Positions 59,982 through 64,000 of a DNA stretch of 64,000 bases are shown here, piece by piece (positions within the stretch are counted from its first letter, which is position 1; the number at the start of each line of letters is the position of its first letter). The notes under the pieces are model-generated. The model saw nothing but the letters and a program-made list of their open reading frames with translations, had not been told where the DNA came from and did not search any database. The translations under genes were made by a program, and so were the position numbers. Source of the stretch: an uncultured Planctomycetia bacterium (lineage in GTDB: Bacteria > Omnitrophota > Gorgyraeia > Duberdicusellales > 4484-171); the NCBI GenBank assembly GCA_964629655.1, contig CAZVQU010000001.1, positions 356,056-420,055 of the forward strand. The letters are read 5' to 3'.

Positions 59982-60794
59982 TTAAACCTTTTTTAGGATG
60001 AACCCTCTAAAAATTTCTGAATAATCTTTAATCCACTCTTCTAATTTATAAAAAAAAGCTTCTCTTTCAAGGAGTCTATCTACTGCCTGCTTATGCTGAT
60101 AGCCTACCTCGACAACAAGATACCCTTGATCCTTAATGTAATGATGAGCTTCTTTTAATATCTTGTTTATAAGGTCTAAGCCATCTCCTCCCCCGTCTAA
60201 GGCTACTTTTGGCTCAAACAAAAGAGAACCTTTAATATGTTCACTCTCTACGTAAGGAGGATTAGAAATTATTAAATCAAAACTCTTCGGCCCAAATGCA
60301 TCTAGCAAATCTGTATTGATTATCGAGATATCAACCTGATTAAGCTCGGCATTATCTCTGGTAACTTCTGCAGCCTGGGGACTAATGTCTGAGGCAAAGA
60401 TAGATACATCGCAAGCTACTCCTTTTTTAACACTTATCGCAATATTACCTGAACCACACCCTAAATCTAAGACTGATTTTAGATTATTTTTATTGATAAT
60501 CTCTATTGCTCTCTCAACGATCAATTCAGTCTCGGGCCGAGGAATCAAAGTATTCCTGTCAACTCTAAACTCATACCCGAAGAATTCTTCTCTACCGAAA
60601 ATATAAGCAAGAGGCATGCCGCTAATGCAAAGTTCTTTTATCTCATCTAAGTATTGCAAATTCTGCAAATCTATATAGATATCACTACCCAAAGCTTCCA
60701 AATGCTCAAGGTTAAATACATTCTTAATAAGAAAACGTAAATCGCTATCACCGAAAAAGGACCGATTAGTCTTAAGCCAATCCTTTAGCTTCAT
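59982..60794 (-). CDS. prmC: Release factor glutamine methyltransferase
   Basis: [31 protein letters not shown]. Start ATG 60794. Confidence 0.94.
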   Translation of the reverse strand: MKLKDWLKTNRSFFGDSDLRFLIKNVFNLEHLEALGSDIYIDLQNLQYLDEIKELCISGMPLAYIFGREEFFGYEFRVDRNTLIPRPETELIVERAIEIINKNNLKSVLDLGCGSGNIAISVKKGVACDVSIFASDISPQAAEVTRDNAELNQVDISIINTDLLDAFGPKSFDLIISNPPYVESEHIKGSLLFEPKVALDGGGDGLDLINKILKEAHHYIKDQGYLVVEVGYQHKQAVDRLLEREAFFYKLEEWIKDYSEIFRGFILKKV

Positions 60795-61842
60795 AAATCT
60801 TTTTTCTCTCCTCACGTATGAGTGCACTTGTGACCTCATCAAGATCTCCCTCTAGCACTTCTTCCAAACGGTAAATAGTAAAATTTATCCTGTGATCAGT
60901 TACCCTTCTTTCGGAATAATTATATGTTCTTATCTTCTCGCTTCTATCTCCGGTTCCCACCTGAATACGGCGACTCTGGCTAACCTTACTAGCCTCCTCT
61001 TCAATCATCTTCTCCATAATCCGGGCCTTGATAACTCTTAAAGCTTTGGCTCTGTTTTTAATCTGAGAACGCTCATCTTGACAAGTGACCACAGCGCCGG
61101 TAGGTAAATGAGTCATTCTTACTGCTGAATCAGTAACATTGACATGCTGACCGCCAGCTCCTGAAGCCCGAAAGGTATCAATTTTGAGATCTTCGGGATT
61201 AATCTTTAGCTCTACCTCTTTAGGTTCAATTAATACTGCCACAGTAACTGTTGAAGTATGCACCCGCCCACCAGACTCAGTAACCGGAACTCTTTGAACG
61301 CGATGTACACCACTCTCAAACTTCAAGCGCCCATAAGAGCCTCTGCCTCTTACAGAGAATACTATCTCCTTAAAACCACCTATTCCTGTAAGGGAAGAAC
61401 TTAAAACTTCCACCTTCCAACCATTGTTCTCAGCATACTTAGAATACATCTTAAACAAAGATGCAGCAAAAAGGGCTGATTCTTCTCCTCCGGCAGCCGA
61501 ACGTATTTCAATGATAAGATCATGGTCGAGAGTCTCGGCGGCGAAAATTTTATCTTCTACCTGCCGATCGATCTTCTCGATCTTAACTACTAGGCTGTCT
61601 AGTTCTTCTTGAGCTAGATTTCTCATCTCTTGGTCTTCTCCAGTATCAGAAATAACACTGGTTAAATGTTCCTTTTCCTTAAGGTAGCTATCTCTTTTAT
61701 CGAGAAGCTTAATAATCTTCTCTAAATAAGAGAACCTTTTGGCAAGCTGAGCGTATTTCTCTCTGTCTTTAAGGACACCCTCGGAAGATAGCTGCTGAGA
61801 AATCTCGGCGTACTCTTCTTTAAGTTTTTCAGAATTAATCAT
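60772..61842 (-). CDS. prfA: Peptide chain release factor 1
   Basis: PVT specificity motif, [12 protein letters not shown]. Confidence 0.97.
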   Translation of the reverse strand: MINSEKLKEEYAEISQQLSSEGVLKDREKYAQLAKRFSYLEKIIKLLDKRDSYLKEKEHLTSVISDTGEDQEMRNLAQEELDSLVVKIEKIDRQVEDKIFAAETLDHDLIIEIRSAAGGEESALFAASLFKMYSKYAENNGWKVEVLSSSLTGIGGFKEIVFSVRGRGSYGRLKFESGVHRVQRVPVTESGGRVHTSTVTVAVLIEPKEVELKINPEDLKIDTFRASGAGGQHVNVTDSAVRMTHLPTGAVVTCQDERSQIKNRAKALRVIKARIMEKMIEEEASKVSQSRRIQVGTGDRSEKIRTYNYSERRVTDHRINFTIYRLEEVLEGDLDEVTSALIREERKKIYEAKGLA

Positions 61843-61848
61843 CTGAAC

Positions 61849-62052
61849 TTATTTTTTCTTGCCGTATTTCTTAATAAACTTATCAACCCTTCCTTCGGAA
61901 TCAACAAACTTCTGTTTTCCAGTAAAAAAAGGATGACATTTAGAGCAAATTTCCACATTAATAGTCTTTCTTGTGGAACGAGTATGTACTACATTTCCAC
62001 AAGCACACATAACTGTGGCTGCTTCATATTTAGGATGAATCTTTTCCTTCAT
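61849..62052 (-). CDS. rpmE: 50S ribosomal protein L31 (zinc-binding type)
   Basis: [25 protein letters not shown]; SD AAGGAGG. Confidence 0.97.
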   Translation of the reverse strand: MKEKIHPKYEAATVMCACGNVVHTRSTRKTINVEICSKCHPFFTGKQKFVDSEGRVDKFIKKYGKKK

Positions 62053-62143
62053 GTTAAACCTCCTTAATTTCCTTCAATTCTCTTAACCTTCTGGACCTTG
62101 ACAACTCCAACCATCCTCCCCAAGGCCTTAAAAACGAGGTGTT

Positions 62144-62152
62144 ATTATATCA
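62144..62152 (-). promoter_or_regulatory. Extended -10 promoter for rpmE-prfA-prmC
   Basis: TGaTATAAT immediately after the rho stop codon. Confidence 0.6.
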
Positions 62153-63454
62153 CTATTTATTTAGAGTAAGGAGAAATTCTACATTGTTCTTGGTCTTAGA
62201 CAATTTCTCCATTAGAAGCTCTAAAGCCTCAACGGAACTAAGCTCATTTAGGGCTTTTCTCAATACCCATATTCTCTTAAGCTCATCAGGATGGATAAGC
62301 AACTCTTCTCTTCGGGTGTTAGAGCGTTTTATATCGATAGAAGGGTAAATCCTCTTCTGGAAGATACTTCGATCTAAGGTAATCTCCATATTGCCGGTTC
62401 CTTTAAACTCCTCAAAGATTACATCATCCATGCGCGAACCAGTATCAACTAAACCAGTAGCGATTATGGTTAAAGAACCACCCTCTTCCTGAGCCCTGGC
62501 TGCACCAAAGAATCTTTTAGGTTTATGCAAAGCATTAGAATCAATTCCTCCTGAAAGAATTCTTCCCGAGTGAGGCTCAACAAGATTATAGGCTCGAGCT
62601 AGACGAGTAATACTATCTAGGAGTATAACCACATCCTTCTTATGTTCTACAAGTTTTTTGGCTTTCTCTAAAACCATCTCGGCTACCTGTACATGCCGTT
62701 GGGCCGGCTCATCAAAGGTAGAGCTAATTACCTCTCCTTTTACCGTATTTTTCATCTCAGTAACCTCTTCAGGCCGCTCATCAATGAGCAACACCATAAA
62801 AATAACATCGGGATAGTTCGTTGTTATGGCGTTAGCTATTTTTTGCAAAAGTACTGTCTTGCCGCTATAAGGAGGAGCAACTATTAAACCTCGTTGCCCC
62901 TTGCCGATAGGACAAAGAAGATCGAGTATGCGCGTAGATAGCTCATCAGGGATAGTTTCTAAGATAAACCTCTCCTTAGGATAAATAGGAGTTAAGTTAT
63001 CGAAAAGAATCCTGTTTCTTGACTCCTCAGGATTCTCAAGATTAACTGCCTCAACCTTAAGAAGGGCAAAATACTTCTCATTATCCTTAGGTGGTCTTAT
63101 TTGACCACTAACAGTATCTCCTGTACGCAGAGAAAACTTCCTAATCTGCGAAGGTGAAACGTAAATGTCATCGGGAGAAGGCAAATAATTATAATTACTT
63201 GCTCTCAAAAATCCGAAACCTTCGGACAAAACCTCCAAGACCCCATCACCAAACATAAGCCCCTTCTTTTCTGCTTGAGCTTGTAAAATCTTAAAGATAA
63301 GGTCTTGCTTCTTTAATCCGCTTACCCCATTAACTTTAAGGTCCTTAGATATCCTGTTTAGCTCTGATATCTTCATCCCTTTAAGGGTTCCGATATCACC
63401 GCTATCGTCCACTGTTACTGACTTACTTTTTAATTTTGCTTTATCTTTTTCCAC
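62153..63454 (-). CDS. rho: Transcription termination factor Rho
   Basis: [45 protein letters not shown]. Confidence 0.98.
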   Translation of the reverse strand: MEKDKAKLKSKSVTVDDSGDIGTLKGMKISELNRISKDLKVNGVSGLKKQDLIFKILQAQAEKKGLMFGDGVLEVLSEGFGFLRASNYNYLPSPDDIYVSPSQIRKFSLRTGDTVSGQIRPPKDNEKYFALLKVEAVNLENPEESRNRILFDNLTPIYPKERFILETIPDELSTRILDLLCPIGKGQRGLIVAPPYSGKTVLLQKIANAITTNYPDVIFMVLLIDERPEEVTEMKNTVKGEVISSTFDEPAQRHVQVAEMVLEKAKKLVEHKKDVVILLDSITRLARAYNLVEPHSGRILSGGIDSNALHKPKRFFGAARAQEEGGSLTIIATGLVDTGSRMDDVIFEEFKGTGNMEITLDRSIFQKRIYPSIDIKRSNTRREELLIHPDELKRIWVLRKALNELSSVEALELLMEKLSKTKNNVEFLLTLNK

Positions 63455-64000
63455 AGCAAATCAACCTCCTTTTTTAACCGGCTAAAATTCAAACCATTAT
63501 TTACAACAAAATCTGACCCTTTTATTTTTTCTCTAACAGGTCTATACAAAGATAATCTATTTAGGGCCTTACTTTTGCTAAGGCCATACTTTTTAATAAT
63601 CCTATTAATTAAAACCTCCTTTTTTACTACAATTAAAATTATTCTATCAAAATACCGAGTGAGCCTTTTCTCAAAAAGAAGAGGAACCTCAGCAATATAG
63701 ATTTTATTCTTATTACTCTTACCCTGCTTTAGCCACTTTGATAAGTCCTCGGTAACTATTGGGTGAACTATTTTTTCAAGCTTCTTTAACTTACCATTAT
63801 TAGAAAAAACAATACTGCCAAGTTTTTTCCGTGAAACCAAGCCTCCCCTTAAGCATTCCGGAAATACAGCTCTGATCTTCTCATAAACAGGGCCTCTTTT
63901 ATTCCTGTAATAACTGTGGATCTTCTCATCAGCATCGAAAACTTTGGCTCCCTTTCTTTTTAGAAGTTTAAGAACCGTGCTTTTACCTGTAGCTAAATTT
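63430..64000 (-). CDS. coaE: Dephospho-CoA kinase (5' end cut by window edge)
   Basis: Frame continues upstream of the listed ORF as NLATGKSTV...DAD; also R..L...VF, IVHP, VPLLFE. Confidence 0.9.
   Translation of the reverse strand, partial: NLATGKSTVLKLLKRKGAKVFDADEKIHSYYRNKRGPVYEKIRAVFPECLRGGLVSRKKLGSIVFSNNGKLKKLEKIVHPIVTEDLSKWLKQGKSNKNKIYIAEVPLLFEKRLTRYFDRIILIVVKKEVLINRIIKKYGLSKSKALNRLSLYRPVREKIKGSDFVVNNGLNFSRLKKEVDLLWKKIKQN

Noticed and set aside
5126-62887. Many short plus-strand and nested ORFs in the ORF track
   Set aside because: They are antisense or off-frame shadows of well-supported genes and carry no recognisable motifs.
1-64000. CRISPR arrays, IS elements, prophage genes, rRNA
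   Set aside because: No repeat-spacer pattern, transposase, integrase or rRNA-like sequence was seen; intergenic gaps are too short to hide them.

Overview
Bacterial chromosome segment. Every credible gene lies on the minus strand, so transcription runs right to left. The right ~17 kb is housekeeping: coaE (partial), rho, rpmE, prfA, prmC, murA, trpGDCFBA, an M16 peptidase, rsfS, a tiny Lys-rich peptide gene, ribE, tRNA-Pro(CGG), a ROK kinase, transaldolase and an LptD-like protein. The left ~47 kb is a very large surface-glycan (O-antigen/capsule-like) locus that runs off the left edge. It encodes nucleotide-sugar enzymes, a Sat-APS kinase fusion plus two more APS kinases, a sulfotransferase, a NusG-paralog antiterminator, a MarR-type regulator, a split-transketolase/heptose-like cassette, two radical SAM enzymes, a GtrB/GT-C module, a NeuB-type module, and two WbuX-type amidotransferases flanking an amidase. 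The LptD-like gene implies a diderm host; Omnitrophota or another PVC lineage is a guess only. Signals missed by the ORF track: (1) a 39-aa peptide ending DRYTIW coupled to an SGNH hydrolase, resembling the DltX tyrosine acyl-shuttle tail; (2) a self-contained 21-aa Lys/Ala peptide gene; (3) a tRNA that supplies the ribE stop codon; (4) an ATT start for rsfS; (5) several apparently leaderless promoters with 16-bp spacers. No mobile element or CRISPR array was seen. All functional calls come from motif recognition by eye, with no database searches.
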